DNA of 64,000 nt from Bacteriovoracaceae bacterium (GCA_048270185.1 JBLWTJ010000003.1:288001-352000), one strand, 5' to 3'. Positions 19,878-31,065 are shown, counted from the first letter of the stretch. Translations and numbers: made by a program. Notes: generated by a model from the letters alone, not told the origin.

Positions 19878-20351
19878 TTACCAATTCGAGCCCTTCATAT
19901 TATGGACGACCTCAAAGACTGTTGTCCTCTCAATGATCCCTATAACCTCTCTTCCTTCGACTACAGGAAAGGCATGGTAAGGGTAGTGAAGGAATAACTC
20001 GACAATAAAAGTCAAAGACGAATCATTGGGAATGGTTACCACATTCTCACTCATATAGTGTTCGACAATTGTTGAGGCATGATTGTAGTACTTAGCATCA
20101 AGGCTATATTTAAGGCAGTCTTTCTGTGAAAGAAAGCCGACTAACTGATCTCGATCATTAACAACAGGCAGGCCTGTTATATTGTGCTTGATAAAGAATT
20201 CGCCTGCTTCGTGAATATCCATATCTTGTCTTAACGGTAGGGATTTTTTTATGAGCCGATTAATAATCGTTAAACTAGTAGTGAAGTGCTCTTCCTTTTC
20301 TCTTTGTCTAGGGGCTTTGTCTCGTTCAATTGATGGGGTATAGTTAACCAT
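19878..20351 (-). CDS. CBS domain pair protein
   Basis: ITGLPVVN...VGFLSQKDC...VEHYMSENVVTI...FPVVEG; AGGAG SD. Confidence 0.9.
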   Translation of the reverse strand: MVNYTPSIERDKAPRQREKEEHFTTSLTIINRLIKKSLPLRQDMDIHEAGEFFIKHNITGLPVVNDRDQLVGFLSQKDCLKYSLDAKYYNHASTIVEHYMSENVVTIPNDSSLTFIVELFLHYPYHAFPVVEGREVIGIIERTTVFEVVHNMKGSNW

Positions 20352-20428
20352 GATTTCTCCTTTTACTTCCTTATTCTAGGCTTAAAAGGTTGAGGAAATT
20401 TCGTTAATTAAAAGGATTTATTGATATT

Positions 20429-20869
20429 TTGAACGCTGTCGACTTTATAAATTCCACTGGCCTCTTTGGTGTTTTTTTTGTTTGCTTCTTGGCCGCAACG
20501 ATACTGCCTTTTTCATCTGAAATCTTTGTTGTGACGGCCTTAAAACTAGGGCTTGGAAAGATCGATGTCTTTTGGGCCGCAAGTATTGGCAATACTCTAG
20601 GTGGAGTGACTTGCTTCTATCTAGGCCACCTTGGAAAACTTATATGGATCGAAAAATATCTAAAGATTAGTAAAGAAAAAATCTATTCTTTTAAGCATCG
20701 AGTGAATCAATTTGGAGCATTACTAGCAGTACTTTGTTGGCTGCCAATCATCGGTGATCCACTGGCCGTTGCACTGGGTTATTTTCGCTGCCATCCTCTT
20801 TTAACAATTCCTTCAATGTTTATCGGTAAAGCTGCGCGTTATGTCTTTGTAATCTGGTTATTTCACTAG
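20429..20869 (+). CDS. YqaA/DedA-family membrane protein
   Basis: FLAATILPFSSE, GNTLGG, WLPIIGDPL, GKAARY. Confidence 0.88.
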   Translation: MNAVDFINSTGLFGVFFVCFLAATILPFSSEIFVVTALKLGLGKIDVFWAASIGNTLGGVTCFYLGHLGKLIWIEKYLKISKEKIYSFKHRVNQFGALLAVLCWLPIIGDPLAVALGYFRCHPLLTIPSMFIGKAARYVFVIWLFH

Positions 20870-20889
20870 TTAATTTTCTGCGCAAACCT

Positions 20890-20918
20890 ATGACAAAACA
20901 CCTTCAAAATGTGATAAT
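20890..20918 (+). promoter_or_regulatory. sigma70-like promoter of the dnaE operon
   Basis: ATGACA-N17-GATAAT with upstream TG. Confidence 0.45.
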
Positions 20919-20966
20919 TAAATTTAAGTACAACGACACAAACACACACTATTTAGAGGGCATTCA

Positions 20967-23900
20967 ATGGAGCAAACCAGCGCCGAAAATGAAAATAACA
21001 ACGAAGTGAAATCTTATAAAGAAACTCACCCTGATAGCTTCGTTCATCTACACTTACATACGCAGTATTCTCTCTTAGATGGGGCCATTAGGTTGAAGGA
21101 TTTAATTCCTGAAGCAAAGAAGCTGGGTGTACCGGCCATTGCTCAAACAGATCACGGGAATATGTTTGGTGCTATCGACTTCTATACTCGTTGTAAAAAA
21201 GAAGGTATTAAGCCTATCCTTGGGTCTGAAATTTACTTCACTCCTGGTTCTCGTTTTGATCGTCGTGCTGCAACTAAGAGTGCTAGTGTCAGTTCTCAAG
21301 ATGCTGAAGAGTCTTCAAGACAAATTCACCACTTAATTCTTCTTTGTAAGAATAATACGGGTTACAAAAACCTATGTAAGCTTCTTTCTAAAGCTTATCT
21401 TGAAGGTTTCTATTATAAGCCACGTGCCGACGTGGAGTTACTTCGTGAATACAGCGAAGGATTGATTTGTACAACAGCTTGTCTAAAAGGAGAGGTTGGT
21501 TACAATTTCTTTACTGGCCAAGATGAGAAGGCCATACGTGCAATTGAGAAATTACAAGATATCTTCGGGCCAGATGATTTCTATCTTGAGATTCAAGAAA
21601 ACGGAATTCCGGAACAAAGAATTGTTAATGAGAAAGTGATCGACTTTGCAACAAAGAATAATATCAAACTTGTTGCGACAAATGATTCACACTATATGAC
21701 TCCTGAAGATGCAACAGCTCAAGAAGTACTGCTTTGTATTCAAACAGGAAAGACCTACGCAGATGAGAATAGAATGCGTATGACTTCAAATGCCTTCTAT
21801 TACAAAACGCCTGAAGAGATGAGAGCTGCTTTTCACTACGCTCCTGAAGCATGTGATAATACGCTTGAAATTGCTGATAAATGTAATGTTGAACTTTCGT
21901 GGACTGATGAAAAGGGTAATCAAATTTATCACTTACCTGACTATGAAATCGATACTGACGAGTCACTTGAAGAGTACTTTGTTCGAGTCACGAGAGAGGG
22001 GCTACAGGCCCGCTTCGATGGACCGCAATTTAGAAATATCGTCAATCAACCTGACTGGGAAGAGCAGAAACCTAAGTATTATGAGCGACTTCAATATGAA
22101 ATGGATCTCATTATTCAAATGGGCTTCGTTGGGTACTTCCTTATCGTTGCTGACTTCATTCAGTGGTCAAAAGATAATGGTATCCCGGTTGGTCCTGGTC
22201 GTGGATCTGGTGCAGGATCACTTGTTGCATATTCCCTGACAATTACAAATATTAATCCGCTTCCATATAATCTGCTCTTTGAGCGTTTCATTAATCCTGA
22301 ACGTATTTCGATGCCTGACTTTGACGTCGACTTTTGTCAGGCCGGACGTCAGCGAGTAATTGAATATGTAACGCAAAAATATGGTGAAGATAAAGTTGGC
22401 CAGATCATTACTTTCGGTAAGCTAAGTGCTAAGGCCGTGGTAAAAGACGTTGCCCGTGTTTATGATCTTTCATTTGCTGAAGCCAATATGATCTCAAAGT
22501 TAATTCCAGATGAATTAGGGATTAACCTCGATAAGGCCATCGAAATGGAGCCTAAGCTTCAAGAGCTGATTGAGACAGATCAGAAAATCAGACAAATCTT
22601 TACGATCTCAAAACGTCTTGAAGGACTATATCGAAATGCCGGTATCCACGCTGCCGGAGTTATCATTACATCTGAGCCTCTTGTTGAGTATTGTCCACTT
22701 TTTAAGGGGAACAAGGGTGAGAAAGTTGTTCAATTTGATAAAGACTTCTCGGAACTTATTGGACTTGTAAAATTTGACTTTCTTGGACTTAAAACTCTAA
22801 CGGTAATTGATTATGCATCAAACTTCATTAAGCGTGACCACATGCCTGATTTTGATATTGAGGCCATCGATTACGAAGACAAGAAAGTTTACGATCTTAT
22901 TTCTGAAGGGGATACGATTGGAGTCTTCCAGCTGGAATCAACCGGAATGCAAGATTTATGTCGTCGCATCTCTCCTGATACACTTGACGATATTACGGCC
23001 ATCAACGCCCTCTATCGACCAGGTCCGATGGGATCGGGAATGCATGATGAATTTGTTGAAATCAAACACGGACGTAAAGAAGAAAGCTATCCATTCGAAT
23101 CACTAAAACCAATTCTTAACGATACATATGGGATTATTATTTACCAAGAGCAGGTTATGAACATCGCCCGTATTGTTGCGGGATACTCTCTTGGTCAAGC
23201 CGATATGCTTCGTAAGGCGATGGGGAAGAAGAAGATTTCAGAAATGGAAAGACATAAGCAAATCTTTCTTGATGGGGCAAAAGAGAGAGATTACGATCTA
23301 AAAATTGCTGAAACTCTCTACGATCAGATGGCAAAATTTGCGGAGTACGGATTCAACAAATCACATGCTGTTGCCTATTCATATATTGCTTATCAAACGG
23401 CGTTCTTAAAAGCTTATTACCCTGCAGAGTTCTATGCAGGTCTTTTAAGTACAGAATTATCAAATACAGAAAAGATTACGACAATTATTAACGACTGTCG
23501 TAACCATAGCATTGAAGTTCTTGCTCCAGATGTTAACGAGTCTCTTTACCTATTTAACGTTGTTGAAAATAATCTACGTTTTGGAATGGGGGCCATTAAA
23601 GGAGTTGGAGAAGGAGCCGTTGAAGAGATCGTAAGAGAGAGGACTGAGAATGGTCCATTTACGGGCTTCGTGGACTTCTGTGAAAGAGTTAACTTAAAGA
23701 TTGTTGGTAAGAGAGTTATTGAACCACTTATTCGTGTTGGTGCATTCACTGATTGTGAAAAAGAATTCAATCGCCGTACGATGCTTGAGAATATGGAAGT
23801 TGTTGTTGCCTATGCGTCGAAGCGCCAAAAAGAAAAAGAGATGGGACAAACGAATCTCTTTGATCTAGGTGACGGAGCAGAGGACACGGGTGCAAATAAT

Positions 23901-24593
23901 TTAGATCTTGAGCACGTTGCTGACTGGGATGATCGCGATAAGCTTCTCCAAGAAGCAGAGCTTATTGGTGTCTATGTTTCTGGTCACCCTCTTGATCGCT
24001 ATCAAGGTGTGATTGAACAAATGGCCTCAATGCCAATTCATCAAGTCCAAGATATCGATGGAACATCAAAAAGAGATATGGTTCTTGCGGGAATGATTGT
24101 TGAGCGTAAAAATATCATGACAAAGAAAGGGGATCGCATGTGTTTTGCTACCCTAGAAGATTTGTCAGGTAAGATTGAGTGTATTGTTTTCCCAAAGACC
24201 TTCTTAGAATATGAAGAGATTCTGGCAAGTGACGATCCAATCATCATGACGGGGCAGGTAAACCTGGCCGAAGAGCCACGAAAATTCTTCCCATCTAAGA
24301 TTCAAAAATTAAAAGAACAAGCAGAAGAGCGTGTAACTTCAGTTCGTCTAAATGTTCCTATGAACCTGCTCAATGAAGGGCGCCTAACGCGTCTTAAACA
24401 GACGATACTAGGTCATAGAGGGACAGTTCCACTGCATATTATCTTTGAGCATGATAAGGGAAGAGCAAGAATGCCACTTGGCGAAGACTTTCTTGTTAAT
24501 CCAAGTCCACAGATGGCGGCAAAAATTAATGAAATTTTTGATGTCGATGCAGTGAAGTTTATTATTGATGGAAAAATCAGTGATGTAAGGTAA
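20967..24593 (+). CDS. dnaE: DNA polymerase III alpha subunit
   Basis: PHP domain FVHLHLHTQYSLLDG, GPGRGSGAGS, SMPDFDVDF, KFDFLGL, GFNKSHA; internal clamp motif QTNLF. Confidence 0.98.
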   Translation: MEQTSAENENNNEVKSYKETHPDSFVHLHLHTQYSLLDGAIRLKDLIPEAKKLGVPAIAQTDHGNMFGAIDFYTRCKKEGIKPILGSEIYFTPGSRFDRRAATKSASVSSQDAEESSRQIHHLILLCKNNTGYKNLCKLLSKAYLEGFYYKPRADVELLREYSEGLICTTACLKGEVGYNFFTGQDEKAIRAIEKLQDIFGPDDFYLEIQENGIPEQRIVNEKVIDFATKNNIKLVATNDSHYMTPEDATAQEVLLCIQTGKTYADENRMRMTSNAFYYKTPEEMRAAFHYAPEACDNTLEIADKCNVELSWTDEKGNQIYHLPDYEIDTDESLEEYFVRVTREGLQARFDGPQFRNIVNQPDWEEQKPKYYERLQYEMDLIIQMGFVGYFLIVADFIQWSKDNGIPVGPGRGSGAGSLVAYSLTITNINPLPYNLLFERFINPERISMPDFDVDFCQAGRQRVIEYVTQKYGEDKVGQIITFGKLSAKAVVKDVARVYDLSFAEANMISKLIPDELGINLDKAIEMEPKLQELIETDQKIRQIFTISKRLEGLYRNAGIHAAGVIITSEPLVEYCPLFKGNKGEKVVQFDKDFSELIGLVKFDFLGLKTLTVIDYASNFIKRDHMPDFDIEAIDYEDKKVYDLISEGDTIGVFQLESTGMQDLCRRISPDTLDDITAINALYRPGPMGSGMHDEFVEIKHGRKEESYPFESLKPILNDTYGIIIYQEQVMNIARIVAGYSLGQADMLRKAMGKKKISEMERHKQIFLDGAKERDYDLKIAETLYDQMAKFAEYGFNKSHAVAYSYIAYQTAFLKAYYPAEFYAGLLSTELSNTEKITTIINDCRNHSIEVLAPDVNESLYLFNVVENNLRFGMGAIKGVGEGAVEEIVRERTENGPFTGFVDFCERVNLKIVGKRVIEPLIRVGAFTDCEKEFNRRTMLENMEVVVAYASKRQKEKEMGQTNLFDLGDGAEDTGANNLDLEHVADWDDRDKLLQEAELIGVYVSGHPLDRYQGVIEQMASMPIHQVQDIDGTSKRDMVLAGMIVERKNIMTKKGDRMCFATLEDLSGKIECIVFPKTFLEYEEILASDDPIIMTGQVNLAEEPRKFFPSKIQKLKEQAEERVTSVRLNVPMNLLNEGRLTRLKQTILGHRGTVPLHIIFEHDKGRARMPLGEDFLVNPSPQMAAKINEIFDVDAVKFIIDGKISDVR

Positions 24594-24623
24594 AATAAGT
24601 AAGACTATTTTAATAATCTAGGG

Positions 24624-26015
24624 ATGGATATGAGAAAATTAATTTTATTGCTACTTCTAGCGACAAATACTCTGGCGGCCAGTGTGAATGCAAGAGGGCA
24701 GTTCACGTCAAAGCCAGGAGATACTCTCTCATTTATCAAGAAGCAATTATATGCAAATGCAGTTAGTAATGTACTGGACTCAGAGCTAAAAAAACTAGGT
24801 CTTGATACTAAAACTTTTTGGCAAAATTATCAGACGCAATTTGATGAACATTTTGCGGCCATCAAAGAAAATTATGATCGTGAATTTGGGGCCGTTGATG
24901 AAGAGGGCAATCCTGTTACATTATCAGGATCAACTTTAGATCGCTACCAGAGAGGTCTACGTTTTAAGAAATTAAATGCTCAATCTAACTTTGGACAATT
25001 CAATTCTATTATCTTGTCTTATGCCGTTAAAAAGATGTCTAAGTCTCTTTCTCGTGCAGACACCCACTATATTAATATTGATGCGAAGGTTAATCGTAAA
25101 GTTGTTTCAGAAATCTACTATCGTTATATCGGAACAGGTAAGAGTCGAAGCTATACAAAACTCTTTTTAAATATCGATTACAAGCTTAAGGGTTTAACTT
25201 GGGAGGAAGTCGGAGTCACTTCGCAATCTAAGTTTACGGATGTTGTTGAAGAGCATTGGCTGAAAGAGTTAACTGAAAGCGTTGGAAGTGTTTTCTTAGA
25301 TGGTATCGAGATCGTCAATCCTGCAACGAAGAATGAAATCTATGAGTATCTTAAGAAGCCTCTTGGGGTTCTGCGTTCGAGCGATGTTTCGATCTTTGAT
25401 TCTCGCCAAGAGATGCTTAGGAACTCACTTCTACTAAACCTAGAAATTGTACTTTCTAAAGAATTTAAAGACGATAAGCAGAAGGTTATTAATATTAAAA
25501 CTCAAGGTGGTCTTGTTCTGACTGACCTTCGTGATGGTACGATTGTTAGCTTCACTGACTTTGAGGCCAAAGCACAAGAATACTCGACTGTTGATCCACA
25601 TAAACAAAGCTCAGATATTGCAAGCTATGTTTATCAATTACCTATTAATGAAATGAAGAATCTTAAAAGAACTGTGAAAGAGAAAGTTTCTGTTAAAAAT
25701 TCTTTTGAAATCGTATTAAAGAATACTTCAAGTATCAACGATGCTTTCGACTTTGCTAATATGTTAAAAGAAGAGGGGGTTGTTTATTTCTTTGATCCTC
25801 AAATCACATCAACTCTACAGAATGTTGTTAATATTAGTGTGACTTTCTCGGGTGATAAAGATAAGGCGATGGAAGTTTTAAAGAAGTTTAATAATGTAAA
25901 ACTATCTGAGACAGCTTCGGTTGTTAGAGATGAGAATTTACCTTTTGTTTTTAATATCAATCACGCCAACCAGAAGAAAATTGAAAAAGATGCCAGTAAG
26001 GTTAAGAATTTATGA
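24624..26015 (+). CDS. Exported hypothetical protein
   Basis: 463-aa ORF with signal peptide; operonic with dnaE and the next gene. Confidence 0.75.
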   Translation: MDMRKLILLLLLATNTLAASVNARGQFTSKPGDTLSFIKKQLYANAVSNVLDSELKKLGLDTKTFWQNYQTQFDEHFAAIKENYDREFGAVDEEGNPVTLSGSTLDRYQRGLRFKKLNAQSNFGQFNSIILSYAVKKMSKSLSRADTHYINIDAKVNRKVVSEIYYRYIGTGKSRSYTKLFLNIDYKLKGLTWEEVGVTSQSKFTDVVEEHWLKELTESVGSVFLDGIEIVNPATKNEIYEYLKKPLGVLRSSDVSIFDSRQEMLRNSLLLNLEIVLSKEFKDDKQKVINIKTQGGLVLTDLRDGTIVSFTDFEAKAQEYSTVDPHKQSSDIASYVYQLPINEMKNLKRTVKEKVSVKNSFEIVLKNTSSINDAFDFANMLKEEGVVYFFDPQITSTLQNVVNISVTFSGDKDKAMEVLKKFNNVKLSETASVVRDENLPFVFNINHANQKKIEKDASKVKNL

Positions 26016-26935
26016 TGAGATTATTAGTACCAATTTTATTAATTATTGCAACTTCATGTTCATTATTAAATCCTCCTCAGCGACGTGACTATCGCGGGCG
26101 TAAAGAGAGAACTACTGAAAGAAAGCACTTCACTGGGGTGAAGAAGAAGGTCGCACTCTTAACATTCTTTAATGAATCACCATTTGGTGGTCAGGATTTA
26201 GGTGTTGTTGCCACAGAAGAGCTTCGTCGTGAGCTACAACGTACAGGACACTTTATTGTTGATCCTATGTCAGCGAATCTCTTTGGCTCTTCAAAGCAAG
26301 TGTATTCACAAGGTGGATCAAAACTAGTTCAAATGACGAGAAAGGCAAAAGGCGAGGGTGTTAATTTTGTGATCTTTGGGCGCATTATCGAAGCTCGAAT
26401 TCGCGAGAAGTCTGATGAAGTTGGATTTGTTCGAAGTACAAAAAGCTATAGTGAAGCCAAGGTTGAAGTTCGCATTTTTGATGTGAATTCAAATAAAGAA
26501 ATTTATACAGATACACTTGATGGTTACGCCGATGATAGTAGTTACCGCTTTTTTAAATCTGATCGAGATTCACAAACAAAGTATCGTCAAGATCTTCTTC
26601 GCTATGTAACTAAGGTTTCAGTTAGAAAATCAATCCCTCGTATTATTGATGTTGCCCAAAAGCTTGAGTGGGTAGGGCGTGTTGCAAAGATCATTGGAAG
26701 TAGTATTTATATCAATGCAGGACGCGACTCAGGATTAAATATTGGTGATGTTCTAAAGGTCGTAACTGAAGGTGTTGATATTTACGATCCTGAAACAGGG
26801 GCCTTAATAGGTGTCTCTAAAGGTGAAGTGAAGGGTACAATTGAAGTGATTGATTATGTTGGACCAGATGCTTCAATTGGAATTCTACACTCTGGAGGCT
26901 CTGTTCACGAAGGTGACTTTGTTAAGTTGTATTAA
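26012..26935 (+). CDS. Lipoprotein with CsgG/HfaB-like domain and FlgT-C-like beta domain
   Basis: Lipobox ATSC; KKKVALLTF...LQRTGHFIV...VIFGRI; C-terminal IYINAGRDSGLNIGDVLKV...DPETGALIG. Confidence 0.6.
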   Translation: MMRLLVPILLIIATSCSLLNPPQRRDYRGRKERTTERKHFTGVKKKVALLTFFNESPFGGQDLGVVATEELRRELQRTGHFIVDPMSANLFGSSKQVYSQGGSKLVQMTRKAKGEGVNFVIFGRIIEARIREKSDEVGFVRSTKSYSEAKVEVRIFDVNSNKEIYTDTLDGYADDSSYRFFKSDRDSQTKYRQDLLRYVTKVSVRKSIPRIIDVAQKLEWVGRVAKIIGSSIYINAGRDSGLNIGDVLKVVTEGVDIYDPETGALIGVSKGEVKGTIEVIDYVGPDASIGILHSGGSVHEGDFVKLY

Positions 26936-27975
26936 TGTTGTATCCATTAGTTAAGAAACTTCTCTTTAAATTAGATGCTGAAAATGCACACGATCTAATC
27001 ATTGATCTCATGGAGAGTTTTCCTCTCTTTGCCAATATTGTCTCAAATGGCCTTGATGAGAAATTAAAAATTAAAGTTGGTGCTAAAACGTGGGGCTCAC
27101 CTATCGGCCTTGCTGCTGGACTTGATAAAAATTGTCGAAGCTATAACTTCTTATCAAATATTGGCTTTGGTGCAATTGAAGTAGGAACGGTCACACCTAG
27201 GCCCCAAGTTGGAAATGATAAACCTCGTCTTTTTCGCTATGTTGAAGAAGAGTCTATTCGCAATTGTATGGGCTTTAATAATGAGGGTAGTGATTACCTC
27301 GATAAGCAAGTAAAGAGAATCACTCATCGTGAAGTTCCCCTAGGTATCAATATTGGTAAGAATAAGACAACACCCGATGAGCTGGCCTTTGAGGACTATG
27401 CTTTTCTCTATCGAAAGTTTAAAGATATTGCAGACTATATTGTCATCAATGTCTCTTCTCCAAATACGCCCGGTCTTAGGGCCCACCAAACGAAAGAGTC
27501 TCTTTCTAAAATTTTTATGGCCCTTGGACGAATCGAAGGTGAAGTTGACCTCTATCTAAAAATTGCCCCAGATATGGAAGTAGAGGAGCTTGATTCAATC
27601 ATTGCGGTGGCAAAGGAATTCAAACTCACTGGCATCATTGCAACGAACACAACGGTCATGCCAGAGCGTGGTGTAGGGGGGATTTCTGGTAAACTACTTT
27701 ATGATAAAGCTCGAAGATTTAGAAAGGCCTGCTTAGATAAGATCAATCGAGATGATAATTTAGAATTTATTGGAGTAGGTGGTTTCTCATCATACGATCA
27801 GATTGTTGATTACTGGCGAGATGGTGGAAAGTGCTTACAAGTCTATACGGCGTTCATTTTTCAAGGTCCAAAATTATTAGATCAGATCAATAAATCTATT
27901 TTACAAGATATCGAAATTAAAGGACTTTCTAGTGTATCAGAACTTATTGAACACTATCATGCACTAAGTGACTAA
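26935..27975 (+). CDS. pyrD: Dihydroorotate dehydrogenase (quinone), class 2
   Basis: DAENAH, GLAAGLDKN, GTVTPRPQ, NVSSPNTPGLR, KIAPD, TNTT, GGISG. Confidence 0.96.
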   Translation: MLYPLVKKLLFKLDAENAHDLIIDLMESFPLFANIVSNGLDEKLKIKVGAKTWGSPIGLAAGLDKNCRSYNFLSNIGFGAIEVGTVTPRPQVGNDKPRLFRYVEEESIRNCMGFNNEGSDYLDKQVKRITHREVPLGINIGKNKTTPDELAFEDYAFLYRKFKDIADYIVINVSSPNTPGLRAHQTKESLSKIFMALGRIEGEVDLYLKIAPDMEVEELDSIIAVAKEFKLTGIIATNTTVMPERGVGGISGKLLYDKARRFRKACLDKINRDDNLEFIGVGGFSSYDQIVDYWRDGGKCLQVYTAFIFQGPKLLDQINKSILQDIEIKGLSSVSELIEHYHALSD

Positions 27976-28002
27976 AATCATTTAATCCTACCAAGTTAGA
28001 CT

Positions 28003-28029
28003 TAATATTTTCCTAGTATTAACCGAGAA
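28003..28029 (+). promoter_or_regulatory. sigma28-like promoter
   Basis: TAAT-N15-ACCGAGAA upstream of 28063. Confidence 0.45.
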
Positions 28030-28062
28030 GAGTAAAAAGGTTGGTTAAGACTAAGGAAGAAA

Positions 28063-28884
28063 ATGATTAAAGGTATTTTAAACACACTTGTCATTGCATC
28101 TCTAGGTGGATTTGTATATTTCACAAGTAGTGATATCGAAGGGACTATAAAGCAAGAGCTTGGAAGTGGTGCCAATCCTTATAAATTAGTTAATAACTCA
28201 CCTGACTTCGTAAAACGCTCCATTGCTTCTTTGTCTGATGACGTCACTGATCGTGAACTAAAGAAGAGACGAGTGGAAGATATGCATATATACAAGTCTT
28301 ACGAAGAATCTTTATCTAAACTCAAATCATGTTTAAAAACAATTTGTAAGAATTACTTCGAAGATGAGAGTGTTGCTAAGAATTATGATAAGTATGAGAA
28401 TTTGATTATTGATGAAATAAATTTAAAGATTGCTCAACTTTATAATTTTACACTTAAAAGAGGATTTCGCTCTCACTCAATTATTTCAACAGGGCTCGAC
28501 TTTGTTGATATCTCAAATGAAGAATTAACAAAGAATATCGTCCTTCTCTTAAGTACTCAAAAAAGTGATATACGCTCGCTGAATGCACTCGTAAGAATGA
28601 CGAAGAATCAGCACAATAAGGAGCTAAGAGCTTTAATTATTCTCGAACTTGAAAGATATGCAAAATCGAAAGATTTTCAAGATAAAGTTAGTGATCAGAT
28701 TGTCATGGCACTTGCTTCTAATCGCGGATATGATAATTCACTAATTTCAAAAGAGCTTCACCGCTTTATTAATAAAAAGAATTACCAAAAATTTAATTCA
28801 CTTCTCACAAAGATTCCAAATGAGAGTCAGGCATACACTCAGCTTGTAAATCAATTACAAAAATACGAAGAAAAAAGTCTATAG
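28063..28884 (+). CDS. Membrane-anchored helical hypothetical protein
   Basis: N-terminal hydrophobic segment, RSIAS motif, helical body; AAGGAAG SD. Confidence 0.7.
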   Translation: MIKGILNTLVIASLGGFVYFTSSDIEGTIKQELGSGANPYKLVNNSPDFVKRSIASLSDDVTDRELKKRRVEDMHIYKSYEESLSKLKSCLKTICKNYFEDESVAKNYDKYENLIIDEINLKIAQLYNFTLKRGFRSHSIISTGLDFVDISNEELTKNIVLLLSTQKSDIRSLNALVRMTKNQHNKELRALIILELERYAKSKDFQDKVSDQIVMALASNRGYDNSLISKELHRFINKKNYQKFNSLLTKIPNESQAYTQLVNQLQKYEEKSL

Positions 28885-29631
28885 CTTAACTTTTAACTTC
28901 TTTGCAATTTTTATTTCACGCTCATTCATTTCTAATTGATAGGCGAGAATCTTAACACCAGCTTTCTTTGCCTTAATGAGAAGCTCCTTATATTTTTGGT
29001 CAACTTCACTAACATTAAATTCGCTAACATCTTCACGTGAAACAATATAGAGCATCGTTGCTTCATGGCCTTGCTCAACTAATTGAGTTAATTCCACTAA
29101 GTGCTTTTGTCCTCTTTCTGAGACAGCATCAGGAAATTGGGCCTGGCCTTCTTCCTTTAATGTGACATTCTTGACTTCAACAAAATTATAATGAAATGAT
29201 TCATCTTCTAAAGATAGATTCTTCTTATCAATTTCTTTATTACTTAAAATAAAGTCGATTCGACTTTTTCCTATTTTAACTTCGCTCTTAAAGAATTTAT
29301 ACTTTTTAAGCTCTTTGAAAACACCATCTTCTAGTCCTTCCATTACAAGCTTATTTGTAAGTGCAGTATTGACCATGATCCAGCTTTGGCCATTTGAGAT
29401 CATCTGGGCCGAAAATTTAAGCTTTCTTTTAGGATCATCGCTATAGCTAAGAAGTACCTCCCAGCCAGGTGCCCAGCATGTTTTCATACTTCCTGTGTTG
29501 GCAAGGTGGGCCGTTTGAATTTCATCTTTAGGAAAGTCTAAGAATTTCTTCTTGAATTTAAAGTCCAGTAAAAAGCGCTTATATCGCTCAATTATCTCAG
29601 CTTTTATCAATTCATTTTCTTTAAATTGCAT
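28879..29631 (-). CDS. sfsA: SfsA DNA/RNA nuclease (sugar fermentation stimulation protein)
   Basis: RYKRFL, AHLANTGSM, SRIDF, VEVKNVTL, FPDAVSERGQKHL. Confidence 0.95.
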   Translation of the reverse strand: MQFKENELIKAEIIERYKRFLLDFKFKKKFLDFPKDEIQTAHLANTGSMKTCWAPGWEVLLSYSDDPKRKLKFSAQMISNGQSWIMVNTALTNKLVMEGLEDGVFKELKKYKFFKSEVKIGKSRIDFILSNKEIDKKNLSLEDESFHYNFVEVKNVTLKEEGQAQFPDAVSERGQKHLVELTQLVEQGHEATMLYIVSREDVSEFNVSEVDQKYKELLIKAKKAGVKILAYQLEMNEREIKIAKKLKVKL

Positions 29632-29679
29632 AATTTTCCTAAGTTATGAGAGGCTAAGCATAAGTAATTATATGCTACA

Positions 29680-31065
29680 ATGGCTTTTAGAGTACCACTC
29701 AATGAGGAAAATGTGAAAACTGCACTTATTATTTGTGACAACGAAGTATTGAATTCTATCTACAGTGTAAATTTAAAAACATACACTGAGTTGAATCTTA
29801 TTTTCGAACCTTCGCTTGATAAGGGACTTCTTCATATTGAGGATACGGATATACCAATCGATCTCTTAGTTACGATGGATCATATTGGAGGTGAAGATAC
29901 CGCGGTTTTGGCCTTTCACCATCTCATTGAAAATGATCGTGATATTCCTTCAATCGTTATTGGAAGCAGTGATATGATTCCTGATGAAAACTATATCGTT
30001 AAGAATCAATTTGATATACCTGGTATCTTAAATAATATTTTCACTTGTCTTAATATGACGCCAAAAGAAGTTTTGGCAGTAGTTACAGAAGATCTCTATG
30101 AGATGCCAATACGTCTCTTCTTTCCCTTTAAGCAATCTTTTTGTGAGACATACTATGCACTAGAAAAAGATGGTAAGAAAACACCGACTAAAATATTTGA
30201 TAAAGATGATAATATTTGGCCTCGTATTCGAGAGTTTCTCGACCAGAATGTTTCGATGCTTTTAATTCCGGCCAGAGAACGTTTTGCTTTTACAAAGAAA
30301 GTAACAGAACTACTTATTGAAAGTATGGAGCAAGTAACTCCTGAAACACCTCAACAAGAACAACTCGACTTTGTTGAGCAAAGTATTGATGCTATTGCCG
30401 AGCAGTTATTTACCGATGAAAAGGTAACGGCCGAAGTTGTCCAACTATCTCAGATGTGTATGGATGCAATGGAAGAAGTCATTGAGAATGTTCCAGATCT
30501 TAAATCAATCCTTAAAGATCTTGCAGCATTAAAATCAGGTTTTCTTTATAGTCACTCTATCATTGCGGGTTATGTTTCAACTCATATTCTTGATAATGTT
30601 GAATGGGGGGGGCAGGCCCATAAAGACAAGCTTAAATTTGTTCTCTACTTCCATGATATGTATCTTGTCCAAGTCTATAAGAAATACCCTGACTTAATGT
30701 ATGAAGATAAAGTAATTTTTGATGCACAGGTTTCAGAAGAAGATAAGGAAATTATCATTAACCATGCAAGTGAAGCGGCCGATGCTATTAGACGTTATCC
30801 TGCTTGTCCTCTTGGGGCCGATGTCATTATTATGCAACACCATGGAACTTCAAATGGGCTAGGATTTGCAACTAGTTATAAAGATGATATTTCACCTCTA
30901 GCGAAAGTTCTTATTATCGCTGAAGCATTTACTGAAGAGATTTATCAAGTTCTTGAGTCAAGAGAGAAGATTGATCTTGAGGCAACAATACAAAAACTCA
31001 AAGAGCGATTCACAAAGCATACTTATAAGAAAATCATTGATACTCTAACGACAATTAAGCTCTAG
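29680..31065 (+). CDS. Receiver-like N-terminus plus degenerate HD-GYP-like domain protein
   Basis: YSHS...FHDM...NHASEA...IMQHHGTSNGLGF...ISPLAKVLIIAE. Confidence 0.65.
   Translation: MAFRVPLNEENVKTALIICDNEVLNSIYSVNLKTYTELNLIFEPSLDKGLLHIEDTDIPIDLLVTMDHIGGEDTAVLAFHHLIENDRDIPSIVIGSSDMIPDENYIVKNQFDIPGILNNIFTCLNMTPKEVLAVVTEDLYEMPIRLFFPFKQSFCETYYALEKDGKKTPTKIFDKDDNIWPRIREFLDQNVSMLLIPARERFAFTKKVTELLIESMEQVTPETPQQEQLDFVEQSIDAIAEQLFTDEKVTAEVVQLSQMCMDAMEEVIENVPDLKSILKDLAALKSGFLYSHSIIAGYVSTHILDNVEWGGQAHKDKLKFVLYFHDMYLVQVYKKYPDLMYEDKVIFDAQVSEEDKEIIINHASEAADAIRRYPACPLGADVIIMQHHGTSNGLGFATSYKDDISPLAKVLIIAEAFTEEIYQVLESREKIDLEATIQKLKERFTKHTYKKIIDTLTTIKL

Noticed and set aside
15093..20869. Genomic island integrated at the guaA 3' end
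   Set aside because: No integrase, no duplicated guaA end seen, and no obvious compositional shift.
20967..24593. Intein or split in dnaE
   Set aside because: Normal length (1208 aa), continuous motifs, no intein signatures seen.
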